A stretch of DNA of 64,000 nucleotides from Fimicolochytrium jonesii (taxonomy: Eukaryota): contig NW_026515673.1 of NCBI RefSeq assembly GCF_025526975.1, forward strand, positions 682,001 to 746,000, read 5' to 3'. How positions within the stretch are numbered: position 1 is the first letter of the stretch; every line of letters starts with the position of its first letter. Below are positions 1 through 12,546 of this stretch, piece by piece. A program made the translations under genes and the position numbers. The notes below the pieces were generated by a model, which did no database searches, had not been told where the DNA came from, and was given only the letters and a program-made list of their open reading frames with translations.

Positions 1-2
1 GA

Positions 3-3000
3 TCCCAACGTGCAACGACAATCCCTCATGATGCATCCTCTTTATCGGCGAATGGCGTGCCGGACCCTTCCGCGCATCGCTCCTCCATCACGCAACTGCA
101 GGAAAAACTCGCAGAGTCGGGGGCGGGGTTGGACGACTTGACGACACTGCAGGACCGGCTGCGGCGGTTGAAGGATCGGTTAGGCGATCATTCGGCGTTT
201 GGGAGCATGGGCGGGATGGCGCCACCAGGTGTCTTTAGCCACGCAAACTCGCAACGGCATGGGTCACTTGTGCCGGCGGAACCTCTGCTCTCCATTCTGA
301 AGAATCCCACACGAAATGGCTCAAAATCTGTACAGGGCGTGGCCCCGGTGCCCGTTACGGTGGCGATATCGGAACCGCAATACAAAATCCAAGCAACCCA
401 CGCTAGGAGCGAAGATCTTCTTTCACGGGGTTCCGAAGTTGCCAAGAAAAGGGGCGTAAAAAACGGTACACCACCCTCGGCCGCCCATTCCTACGACTTC
501 CTCGAACGTGGCGCGAGCCTCCCCGCGTCTACGCACCCATACTCGATACCGGTGATCCCGCAGACTCCGCCGCGGGTGGAAGGGACATTACCTGTGTTTG
601 TGTATTTGGAGGATGATACGTGCAATATGTTCACCGTGACACCGAATACGACAATCAATGAGGTTAGGATGAGCGCGTTGTCGCAGCTCGGCGTTTCCGA
701 CGCTATTGAGAGCTTCTCGGTGTTTTTCATGGTGAAAGGCGTCAATGGTGAGCTGAAGGGCGTCACTCTTTGCACATCATTACATTAGAAACTATTGAAG
801 GATATGATATCTGAAAATTCATGCTCCTTCTCACCTGCATCCCTACTCTGCGTTCAGGTGAACCCCAAGAGAGCCGCGTAGACCCCAACATCCCCGTCGA
901 CCACCTCAGCCTGCCCGCCCCCGAAACAATCAAAGTCCGCCTGCGCCGGAAATCCGCCGTCCGCTGGTCCGTGCCCATCATCGTCGACGAACGCGTCCAG
1001 CGTCAACGATGGGTGCTGGTGGAAGAGAGCACGAAGGTGGAGGATATCGTGAAGCTGCTGTATACGATTGAGAGGAAGGATGATACCGAGTCCTGGTCGC
1101 TTTTCGCGTCGGGTGGGTGGGAACTATGTTTGGAAGACGTGGTGGGTCTGACCATTGGCTCTGACGTACGGATGTGAAATTTAGGACCCTCGAATACTGG
1201 GGCGTTACGGCCTGATGAAACGCCTTTCAGACCATGGGTGCGCGATGAGCGCTATTATTTCCGTCAATCGGTAAGATCATGCCCCTTTTCCTTTTTTGCC
1301 CCCCGGTCCTCCACCGATACTGACACATCCCACTCAGCACGTCCGCCAACGCAGCCAAAAGCTCGCCGCCGTCCTCGGTCTCCCCGCCAGCACTGACATG
1401 GGTGCACTCGCCGACCGAGAAGCCCTGCAGGCACAAGACCTCAAACGGCGCAACGACGCGCGCAAATCCGTGAAATTGACGAATCTGCTGGGGATCGCGG
1501 ATACCACCCCGCCACCGACGCGCGCGGCGAATAGTAAGCGGAGGAAGAGACCGTCTACGCTGAATTTGGTGTTTGATCCGGATGAGACAACGCCGAGGAG
1601 GAGGAAGTCTTCTGTGGAGCCTTCTACGCCGAAGCTGGTAGGTGGATTGCTGTGGCGGGGCCGATACGTCCCCGCTGTGTCTTGAAGATTAGTCCCTTGA
1701 ACCATTGCGGACAACTTCTCACATCTATCCACAATCAGCTCGACGACGACGAAGAAGACAAAGTCCACCCAGTCGCGCCCTGGAAGCGCTACGAGCATCT
1801 ACAGAGCAAACCCGCGCAAGTCATGCGCCCGCGCTCCAAGTCCGATCTCTCGGAAGCCGTCATATCATCCAAAGTGCGGCGTCCCTCCATCAAACAGCAC
1901 AGCCGGTCGCGGCAGCCCTCGGTGACAGGTAAACGGCTCTACCTGTTTGATAAGATGCGCGGGTCGGCGCCGGGGGATGCGTTGTCGTCGGATTCGGGGG
2001 CGAGTGAGGATGCGGATGAGCCGACGGAGGTGGGTTTCGTGAAGTAGCTCTTTTCGAGGCGTGACTGCACATTATTCGCCGATGTTAATTGCTGATTTGA
2101 CTAACCGTACGTCGTTTCTCTCCATTTTCTTATCGTTCTTCACATTTGTTCCCGTCAGACCGTGAAACGGAAAGAAAAGCTAACAGACTTCTTCGGCGTC
2201 GCCAAAGCGAAAGACGTTGCGCACATCGAACGCCACGCCAACATCAGCAAACCCGACAAGGTAAACAATCACCCTCCCCTCCCCTTACCTGATCCTCATC
2301 CTCAAACCCTACATCCACTCACACCATCTCTAATACCCTCCAGTTAATACGCCAACCCTCCGACGGATCGGAAAGCCACCAAACCCACTTTATCGTCCGC
2401 GTCTACTTCGGCAACCTCACCTACAGCGCCATCCGCATGCCTGTCGAGGCCACCGCGACGCACGCGAAAGGACTACTATTGGCGAAGTTGTCGATCAATA
2501 ATTCGGGGGAGATGTTTGGCCTTTTTGTGCATTCGCCGGATGGGAAAGGTAGGTTTCGTGTGAGTTAAGTAAAGGTTTGGAAGGCGTGGGTGAATTGATG
2601 GGCTTGGGTTCCTGGTTGTAGAGAGGGAGTTGACGGCGGATGAGCGGTTGTATAATGTGATGCTGTCGTGGGCGACTACGGAGTACTTTTTGTTCAAGAA
2701 TAGGCCAGTGAATAATCAGTTGCGGCACAAGCGGGTATGTATCTCGTCACTTTGTGGTAATTGCTTTCATGTGGTCGTATGCTTTAATGCTGACTTTGTA
2801 ATCCCCCGTGGCTTTACCCACAGCTAAGCACACAAAGCGTAGACGCCAGCCAATTCCAACTCAACGAACCAGCCCCGCAAGCCCGCCGCGTCGCCAAACT
2901 CGCCGGCTTCTTCGGCCTCGCGCCCAGCCCCACGGCCACTACCCCCATCCCCGAATCCTTGGGCAAGAACCTCATCCACCAACCCTCCGAATACGAAGAC

Positions 3001-5191
3001 CTGCAAACCATCTTCAACCAGCTCTCTAACGTCACCACCTCCTCCTCTTTACAAGCTAACCTCCGCCGCCGTAAATCGCTTGCGGCCCCACAGGCCCCAC
3101 AGGGCGGGCAACCACCAGGTCCGGAGCGACTGGGCGTGTTACGCAAGGAATTCACGTCCTCGATCGCGGCGCTGTCGACGACGCTGTACAAGGAGGGGTG
3201 GATGGAGGTGTTGATCAACCCGACCGCTGTGAACGCCAAGAAGCCGTGGACGTGCGTGTGGGCGAAACTGGACGGGGACGTGTTGACGGTGTTCCCGAAT
3301 GAGAGGGATGAGGCGGTCGCGGGGACGCCGACGGCGGGGTCGTTGCCCGATCGTGCGGCGACGAGGGTGAGGTTGCAGGGGTGTACTGTTGTCACGGGCG
3401 AGGGGGTGGTGTCTAAGAGGCAGTTTGTGTTTACGGTTGTGGAGGCGGCTCAGAGTGTGGGGGTGGCTGAGGTTGTGGGTGCTGCTGCAGGGAGTAAAGC
3501 GAGCCCGCCGCCACCCACCGCCGCTGCCGGGGCAACCACAACAAGCAACGATAAACCGAAATCGCTGGTATTGGCGACGAAATCGGCAACGGAAATGATC
3601 GACTGGATCGACTGTATCCGCACCTCCGCCCGGCGCCGGCCACCCACCACCTCCTTCTCCGCATCCCGAGACAGCATGCACGACCACTCACAGCACCCAT
3701 CCCGCAAAACCTCCGTCCCCGTCCCGCCCCGGACCTCCACCCACACCTCCACCCGACCTTCCGTCGCCGCCAACAACAATACGACCTCCCTCATCCCCAC
3801 CGACCTCGAAGACCCATCCCTCCTCCTCCCCACTTCCTCCTCCCACGCCTCCGAAGACGAAACCACCCTCACAATGGCCGACTTTGAGCTCCACCGCGTC
3901 ATCGGCCGCGGCAAATACGCCAAAGTTCTCCTCTGCAGCCGCAAGTCCACCAACAACGTGTACGCCATCAAAGTCCTCAACAAACGTCGCTCCATCTCCT
4001 CCTCCCTCGGCGACGGCGGTGAAGGCGACGCAAACGAGGAAGGGCGGATCCTCCGATCGATCCATCACCCGTTCATTGTGGGGTTGCATTATGCGTTCCA
4101 GAGCGCGGATCGGCTTTATCTTGTGATGGAGTATATCAATGGCGGTGAGCTGTATTTCCATGTGAGCAGGTTTGGACGGTTTGGTGAGGAGCGGGTGAGG
4201 TTTTATTGTGCCGAGTTGGTGTTGGCATTGCAGTGTTTGCATGATAAGGGGATTGTATATAGGTATGTGGCTCAAACTCTCGCTGGAATTTGCGCCTTGG
4301 GAATCCGTTGCTGACGGGGTTTCTTTTTTCTTGCCGCGGATAGGGACTTGAAGCTGGAGAATATTTTATTGAGTCGGGAGGGACATGTGAAGATTACGGA
4401 TTTTGGGCTGAGTAAGCAGGAGACGGAGGATGAGGAGTCGGATAGTGAGGCGGATATGGTATTTGTGGTTGGGACGTTGGAGTACCTGGTAAGGCGTTCT
4501 TCCCTTACCCCCCCTCACGTCCTCCACCTTCTCCTCCGTCTCCTCTCACCTCCTCACCTCGTCCCTCTTCCTCCGTCACCTCCTCCCCCACCAATAGTCA
4601 CCGGAAGTTCTCGAAGGCTACCCGCACACCGCCGCGGCGGATCTCTGGGCGCTCGGAGTCGTGACGTTCGAGATGCTGTGCGGGTACCACCCATTCCATT
4701 CGGAAGACCGGGAAGAGATCCAAGCCAACATCCTTGAATCGCCGGTGGAGTTCCCTGAATGGGTATCACCTGAAGCGAAAGATTTCATTGCGGGTCTGTT
4801 GAAACGCAACCCGCGGCTGAGATTGAAGGGGGAGGCTATAAGGAAACACCCATTCTTTGCGGGGGTGGATTGGAGGAAGTTGTTTGATTTGGAGGTTGAG
4901 GTGCCGTTTAAGCCTGAGCTGGTATGTCATCTGATCCCCTCGCTTTCAAACAACCATGTTCCCACCAAAACTCACGTCGTGGTCCCAATTCCGATTTCGC
5001 AGACTGGAGACTACGATGTCAGTTTCTTCGAGGCCGAGTTCACGGAGGAAGCTGCGGTGCTGACCCCAGACGGCTCGCGACCGTCTTTGGAGGATAGAGG
5101 AGGATATCAGGAGCAGCAACCTCATCATGGCGAGAACGATAGCTCGCACGCGGAAGAGGATGTTGATGCGAGGATGCGGTCGATCGATTGA
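3..5191 (+). CDS. Multi-exon AGC-family Ser/Thr kinase with PH domain and N-terminal RA/ubiquitin-like domains; 5' end runs off the window
   Basis: Kinase motifs: [26 protein letters not shown] (intron 4263-4343), DFG, GTLEYL|SPE, AGC tail [16 protein letters not shown] domain at about 3190-3630 ([20 protein letters not shown]). RA-like segments at about 590-730, 930-1260 and 2390-2700. The frame is open from position 3. Confidence 0.85.
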
Positions 5192-5647
5192 TGGATGGAC
5201 TGGAGTTTCGCGGGAGAATGCGGTGAATCGACGTTATTTTCTGGACGGTGGGGGAGAGTTTCTATAGACTTGTATATATATGTGGGAGGCTGGCGACGTG
5301 ACATGTAAATAATACGCACACCGTAATTTATCGACAGTTTTCGGACAATGCGTTCTCTTCTGATGACGCGGGTGGAAGGGAATGACGACGCGAGGCACGA
5401 ATGACATCATCGGCGGCTGGCTGGCTGGGCGCATCATCGAAAGTTATTAGAGATCGGCGTCTCGCTCGCTGTCGAGACGAGGGAGGCTCAGATCGCCCTG
5501 CCTTGCCCTCCTGAGTCCTGCCCTGTCTGCATCTGCCGTCGATGATGGCCATTCATTTGACGGATGGCTGCGGATTGTGACCCCCATTCTGCCTTGCCCT
5601 CCTTCGCGAACTCTGAATATCTATCACCTGCCCCTTCCGCTCCAAGA

Positions 5648-5668
5648 CCCCCCCCCCCCCCCCCCCCC
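5648..5668. repeat. Poly-C tract (21 nt) upstream of PP2C
   Basis: Uninterrupted C run, read directly. Confidence 0.9.
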
Positions 5669-5908
5669 TTGAGAAAACCCCATATTCCCACGGTATGTAC
5701 TGTACGTCGGCGTTCAGAGAAGCAGTGGAAAGGTCTTATATCGGTGCTGCTTTCCGTATATAAACTGCCGCGCGGAGCAACGGAGCCGCTCCTGCTTTGA
5801 AAAAAGGACCCCTTTAATCAACGTGCAATTTCTTGTCCATCTAGAGCATCTCCACACCATCGCTCACCATCACTCACTCACCTCAACACCCACCAACATT
5901 TTGAAACC

Positions 5909-7041
5909 ATGCCTCTCATCAAAATAACAAAAGGCGTAGCTCGCGGGCAAGGCGCGCGCCCTTACCAAGAAGACCAATACGCGCTCGCCGACGAAGCATT
6001 CTCACAATCCGGTTTCGCCCTGTACTCCGTCTTCGACGGCCACGGCGGCGGCGAAGCCTCCAAGCACGCCTCAAAACACCTCCCCAAACTCGTCGTCAAC
6101 TCCGACGCCTTCAAGCAGGGGGACTACAAGCGCGCGCTGAAGGAGGCGTTCCTGGAGGAAGACCGCCAGCTCGCTCAGGAATTCAAGGTGGCTGCTGCTG
6201 CGGCCGGCCAGGCGCCTGCTGCCCCCGTCGGCGCTGGCGGACTGGGCGCCGGGAACGGAACCGGTCGTGGAGGCAGTACCGCCACCGTCGCGTTGATCGC
6301 CCACGAGAAGCTCTACGTAGCCAATGTAGGCGACTCCACCGCCGCGCTCGCTAAGCGGGTAGAGCGCGGCCAGGGCGGAGCCAACGCGGCGATCGCGGCC
6401 GGCGACAATGGGGTGGGCACGGAGGTGGCGCCGGCGACGAATGGGGAGTATGTCGCCGTGAGGTTGAGCAAAGAGCATAAGGTGGATGATAAGGCCGAGT
6501 CGGATCGCTTGCAGAAAGCGGATGCGACTGTGAGGGCTGATCGCGTCGTGGGCCCTGGACATGCGATCAATATGACGAGAGCGTTGGGCGACTTTGACTT
6601 CAAGTTGCCGGAGAATGGCGCAAAGGAGGATTGGATCTCCCCCGTGAGTTATACTCAGTCGTGCTTTCCGTGTCATCACCACCCTGAATGCTCATTTCCT
6701 TGCGATTCAACAGGTCCCACACCTAACAGAGATGCCCCTAACCCCAGCGGTCGATTTCGCCATCATCGCCTCCGACGGACTCTGGAACCACTTCCACGAG
6801 TCGCAGTTGATACCCATGGTCGCCGACATGCGCAAGCAGGGCAGCACCCCGCAGCAGATTTGCGATTCGTTTGTTTCCAAGCTGGAGCAGGTGTGTCGTT
6901 GTATTCCTCCCGACGTTGTGAGAGATGGTGATAGGGACGGTGCGTCTGGACCCTCACTCACGTTTGAAATGCCCCACCTAGACACCCGGCTCAGACAACA
7001 TCACCTTCATGCTCCTCGACTTTACATGGTCCGAACAATAA
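5909..7041 (+). CDS. PP2C/PPM-family protein phosphatase (3 exons)
   Basis: RPYQED, VFDGHGG, GSTA, YVANVGDS, MTRALGD, IIASDGLW, and last exon GSDNIT..TAA at 7039-7041. Confidence 0.92.
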
Positions 7042-7565
7042 CCTTTCCTGCCACACCACCATCACCACAGCGCACACCACACACCCCGGCTCGTTACACC
7101 CGCGAAACAGATCCCACCCCCGCCCCGCCTTCCCCCGTGTGCCCGCTTCCTCCTTTCAATACACCCGACCTACTCAAGCCTATTCCGTTTCCAACCACAC
7201 CACCTCCTTCCCACCCTTTGTGTACTCCATCTTTTAATATCATGTGACATCACATACGGCGAATATGAAAGATATGTGCAGTAACGATAGAGACGCCAGG
7301 CGGGAATGGGAGATTTTGCGCACGTCTCCCTTGATCCAACTTGCGGGGAGGAGGGAAACAGGGGCATACTCGGATGATTGAGGGGTATCACCAGCACATT
7401 TCGCATTCCCTCTGTACAAAACCTCGCCACAAAAATTGGGGCAAGACGCAAAAAAAATCCCGAGAAAACTACGCAATATATCGAATGTGGGGGGGGGGAT
7501 GGGGACAGGAAAGGCCGTATGTACAATTGGGTGGGGTTATACACTGATTCCGCGAGGCTGTCGCA

Positions 7566-9353
7566 TCACTCGCATAAGAGCTTCGCGTCAAAGCTCGTCA
7601 GCGCGATCGCAAACGCCTGCACGCAACTCATCGGGTACTGGAAGTCGACGGTGAAGTGCTCATCCCCAACGCGGCCGAATTGGAGTATAATATACTAAAA
7701 AAATGCAGGGGACGATCAGCTTAACGGAGTTCCATAAACCCTTCGGACAAAAACGCATCTCACGGCGCAGCATCATTTACCTCATTATCCTCCTCCGGCA
7801 CAATCTGGAAATTCTTCACACTCGCCAACGTCACCCTCCCGCTGAAGTTCAACACATAGCTCTGCGTCTCGTCGTTCCATTGCGGGGCTTTGTTGTGGAA
7901 CTTCAACAACGTTTCCCTCGCCGTCGTACTTTCCTCCCCCTTGTTCACCGACGAACTCGATGATGATCGCGGGAGAGTGTCGGGGGTACTACTACCGCCA
8001 CTGGACTGGGAGGCGCGCAAGCGACGGAGGATGGTCTGTGAATCGTGTGTGGGACGGATGGACAGCCGGCGGGCATCGCGGGTCATGGCGGGCACGACGA
8101 CGGTCATTTTGCGCGGGCCTTTGAAGCCGAGGAGGTTGGGTTCGTAGGTTACGACGCCGAGTTCTTCTCTTATCGCTGCTGTAGACTCTGCTGCTGGGTC
8201 GTCGCTTGAGTCTGATTTCGCAGACGCGTTGGTTTTGCTTCCCCGTTTGTGCTTATCGTAGATGGTGAATGTCGTCCCCACGAAATTCGACTTGACCTTC
8301 CCAACGACTCCCTCAACATTTTGGGAGTTGAGACTCCCGCTCGACGCGCCAAAGCGCGTGGTCGAGATGGTATACACCGACGCCCCGGCCTTCTTCCGTT
8401 TGCGCGCCGCCAGCACAAACACCGGCGTGTTATCCCCGTCCTCTATGTACATCTCATACCGCGGAGACGTGAGCGAACTCCCTTTATCCGCCGGGTCGTC
8501 CCCACCTCGTCGTCGTAGGATCGAGCAGAGGAGCTTTTGGCCCATGGGCACGGGTTTGAGGACGAAATCCTCCAGTTCGGCGTGGGTTTCGGTTCGCGTG
8601 GCGATGTCGACTGGACTGCCGGCTGGGTGGAGGTGTGGGGGTTCGAAGGTGTTATCAAAGTCGGTTTCGATGCGTTCTGCGGGTGCGTGGAGGAGGCCGG
8701 CGCGGCGTTGGAGTTCGAGGAAGAAGGGGATGGCCGCAGGTGCGGCGTCCGTGGGTGGCGGGGTTGCAGGGCCGGCAGCGTCGTCTGGGTTGGCATCGGG
8801 GCGGTCGGGGAAGGGTGGGGCTGGTGTTACTGGGGTTGTGGTGGGGACTGGTGGGATGGGCATTGGTAGTAATGCGTCCAGTGTTTCATCATCGTCGTCA
8901 TCGTCATCGCCGTGATGGTTCGTGCTGCCATTCCCATTCGCGCCTCCAACTGCAATTCCCTCCCCAAAACCAGCTAAAGGGAATGAATACGCATGGTAAG
9001 AGAGAGTAAACTAACCAGCTAGATGCACACTCGAAAGTGTTCGCTTCCCCCCTCGGCCGCGATCGCCCATCTTGGCCCGACCCCAATCTCGCCACCAGCC
9101 AGTGCACACAACACAACGCACCCAGAAAGAACAGCACACTTCTGAGCAGTCGGCATTCTCATCTCTGCATACTTTGTATTTCAAACCGCCGTGACGCTGG
9201 GCGACTTCTGCTCGTCCTCGAACTCCCGGCGGCGTTGCTGGCGTGATTGAAGTGAGTTCTGGCGGTGTGGATGCGTTCGAGGGCGCCGACAGCGGCTTCT
9301 GAGAGGTCCCGCTCGCTGTCTAAACGGGACAGGGAGGGGCGAAGGTGTGACAT
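7566..9353 (-). CDS. Tubby-family protein (TULP-like), 3 exons
   Basis: [70 protein letters not shown], and last exon [32 protein letters not shown]. Confidence 0.92.
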
Positions 9354-9452
9354 TGCTGGGGCGTCGTTGGGGTGTTGCGGGGCTGGTTGCGGGGTTGTGC
9401 TCCGTGCCCGTCCAGGGCATGCAAGTGCGTGATGGAGCGAGTTCAGCAGGTC

Positions 9453-9486
9453 GGAGCACAATCAGGAGCACAATCAGGAGCACAAT
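9453..9486. repeat. 12-bp tandem repeat GGAGCACAATCA, about 2.8 copies, upstream of Tubby
   Basis: Read directly. Confidence 0.85.
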
Positions 9487-9732
9487 TCGATTCCTGCTCA
9501 ACGGCGCCGACGCCGTCTTTGGCCTCTCTTCTTTACCCACCATTGCCAACATCATTGCCATCGCTTCGGCAGACATACACATACACATACAGAACCTCCG
9601 CCGGCAATATTCGCGTTCAGGACCTCCTAGGCTTGAGGTTCTCAATAAACAACACTCAATTTGAATCACAGGCTGCTGAGAAATATGGGTCAAAGTGACG
9701 GAGGTAAGCAGTAAAGCATTGCCAGCATTGCG

Positions 9733-10881
9733 GTGGACTGGGGTGTCGTACCACTCCAGGAATTCACGTATGCTTTCAACCTTCATAATTGCCCAGGACA
9801 AAACGGCTCGCAGCAGGACCTTGGGGAGCCGGCAAAGGAGGGGGACAACGGTGGAAAAAGTAGGGAGCCGAGGCCGGGGGCGGTGAGGGTTTTGAAGCGA
9901 GGGAACCAGGAACGATACAGCGCGGGTTGTATTGATTGCCGGGTGAAGAGCTCCTCTAAGTTCCATCGCTCGCCGTGGCCTGTTCTGGCTCGGGCAGAGG
10001 GATTGGGGAGGCATTTCTTCTTTGGGGAAGGAGCGACGGAGGGGATTGTCTGTGCTGCGTGTTGGAAGGCTTGGAGGCGCATCGGGGTGTTTCGACATGA
10101 GAGCCCGGAGGTCAACAAAGGCATACAGATGGATGTTATCAACAAAGGCATACAGACGGATGTTATCAACGATGTCTTTCAGCGTGACCGCTGGCTCGCC
10201 TCGCTGGATAAGTTCATTGCCGCACCGCCCGAATCTCGCCCTTTTGTTGATGTTGATGAGTTCTCCGAGAGCCTCGATACCAACTGCGATGCTCTCATGT
10301 CACAGACAAACACGTTGTTGGGCGCAGTCGTGGAAGGCAAAATAAAGGATAAGTTGCACACTGTGTTTGCAATATGCTATTGGCATATATTCGGAACCCA
10401 AAGGTCAGCTGCACTTGCTTTTTCGTATTCCTCTTATCTTTGCCATTGCTCACATGTTCTGCACTTGTAGGTACTGCATATCCGTGCATTCCTCTCCGAC
10501 ATGCTACGTGGTATCGGGAATGGGCCACGTGCAGTCCTGTGCGGCCTTGGCCTGTGTTACCACCCTAGTAAGGAAAAGCGGCGTCGCACACAATCCATCG
10601 ATGCATCTCTCGCTTCCGTCAGGAATCGGATAATCCTCTCTGAGGAGGAGCCTGGCACAGCAAACCAGGTCGCTCAGAAAGCAATGTTCATCACCGCCCG
10701 AGATGCGTCACCAACATCTGTTCTGACATCATGGCGCGCAATGACCGAAGGCGTAAAGGAGTTTGACTGTGAACACAAGAACAAAAAAACCCGCTCACCA
10801 TCTGCCCGAAGCAACTCGGAGAACTACGAAGAAGCCGCAAGCAATATGGACGTTCCGATGGAAGAGGCGTACGACGGGTAG
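9733..10881 (+). pseudogene. Degenerate unknown gene with CxxC..CxxC (GATA-like) zinc-finger motif
   Basis: CIDC..IVCAACWKAWRR. A putative intron at about 10404-10470 does not join the two protein-like frames cleanly. Contains an internal 27-bp duplication. Confidence 0.35.
10112..10170. repeat. 27-bp tandem duplication (2.2 copies, 1 mismatch)
   Basis: TCAACAAAGGCATACAGAYGGATGTTA x2 plus TCAAC. Confidence 0.9.
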
Positions 10882-12546
10882 TCGGATGTCACCCGACCTC
10901 GAGAAAAGCAAAACGTCTTTCATCGGAAGTTTGCGCACATCAACGGCTGTAGATTTAGGACTCCACGCCGTCCCGACAGTTCCCGCTCTTCCGGATGTAG
11001 AAGCGGCGTACTGCAAACTTACAATGCATGTAATCTGGTGGAGAACAACTCTCAATGTAGGCCACTCAACCGCAGGTCTCCATCTGACGTCGTAGATGTA
11101 GAGGGAAAGGAATATGGAGCGAGGATCTGAAAGACTAATCTATGGGCGTCGCGGGAAGCAATCGGACTTTCCAAATCCACAGGTTTGACAGCTGTCAACC
11201 GACATTTTTTTCGGTGCCATACTGCCCATCCAAAGCCGTCCCATACGGGAGCAAAGTACGGCGGCGGAAAAACATGAGAAGATATGCACGTCCAAACTAA
11301 GCCAAATCAATACAGGTCCATTCTTTTCATCGTACGCATCTGGATTTTCAACACGTGGCCTCAGCCCAGGGTACTCCCCGTCGCCGCAGGGCCAACACCT
11401 GCAGACATCGATTGGCGGGCAGCGGGGCGCGTAGCTATACTGCTACTCTGGCGCACATTTAGTGCTTTGTTGGCTTTGATGGCATGCGCTGCACAAAGAT
11501 TTCGCTGTTTTTAGAGAATGGGAGTATGCGGAAACAAGCGCAAATCCGACCTAGACACTTACAGAATTTATCCAACATTGCGCTGAACACCTTTTCATTT
11601 AAAACAATGCATGCGGGGTTTAGTAGCAGAAGGAGGATTCATGGGGGCTGGATGGGCTCCGGACCGCACCTGCTGCATGTCTCCGATTTCGGAGATGAAG
11701 GCTCGGCGTTTGAGATAGCCGTCGTTTAATGCACTGTGGTCAGGGGGTGGGTTATTTTAGGGAACGCTTCACATTGGAATGCGAGCTCCTTTGATAATGC
11801 AAGATCCTGGCTGAGATCATACGCTACCCCATCCTGGAGGCTATTTAACATCCGCAGATAGGCTGGAGTGGCCGTCGCGATCTGTGCTGTCCGATAGTGG
11901 GTAGCGCCCAGATCAAGAACTGATTTTGGGAAGTCAGCTCTGTGGTTCTTCTCCGTTGCCAACACCAGACCACTGCAATGTTCCCTACGCTTTGCTCGGA
12001 CGATCTCCGCATAAGTTCCTCTAACGACCGTAATCATACTCTCTACCGTCTGCAACGTCAGCTTCGTTGGCCATTTCTCAAGCTCGTTTTGCGGTTTGGG
12101 CACTGATCGCTTGAGGCAGGAAGGACGAGAGTTGTGCACAAAGCCACACAGAGGAAGTGGTACCGGCGATCAAGTCTTTATAGTACAGTATAAGAAATCA
12201 CTTGCCACCCGGACTTCCGCAAGATAAAAAAACCACATCGGCCAATTCAAGTATAACTCAGTCAGCCGCCTTGGATCTGGACGGCAACTTTTTGACGGCA
12301 AACTTTTACACAGATGCTGTCAGAACACGGTATTGACAGGTGTTTACCGGAGAAGGTTGGTTCATTGGACTGCATTTCTGATGAGCCATGGTCAGCCGTC
12401 CGTTTTTGAGTAGTAGAACTATGGTACAGACTTATATTCACACGCTGTTTTACACAAAAACTACCAAGTTAACTGTTGAAGAAGGTGGGGGTGTTGAACC
12501 AAAAAATTAGTATGACAACGCATGCCCTTTCACTTCCTTTTCAAAT

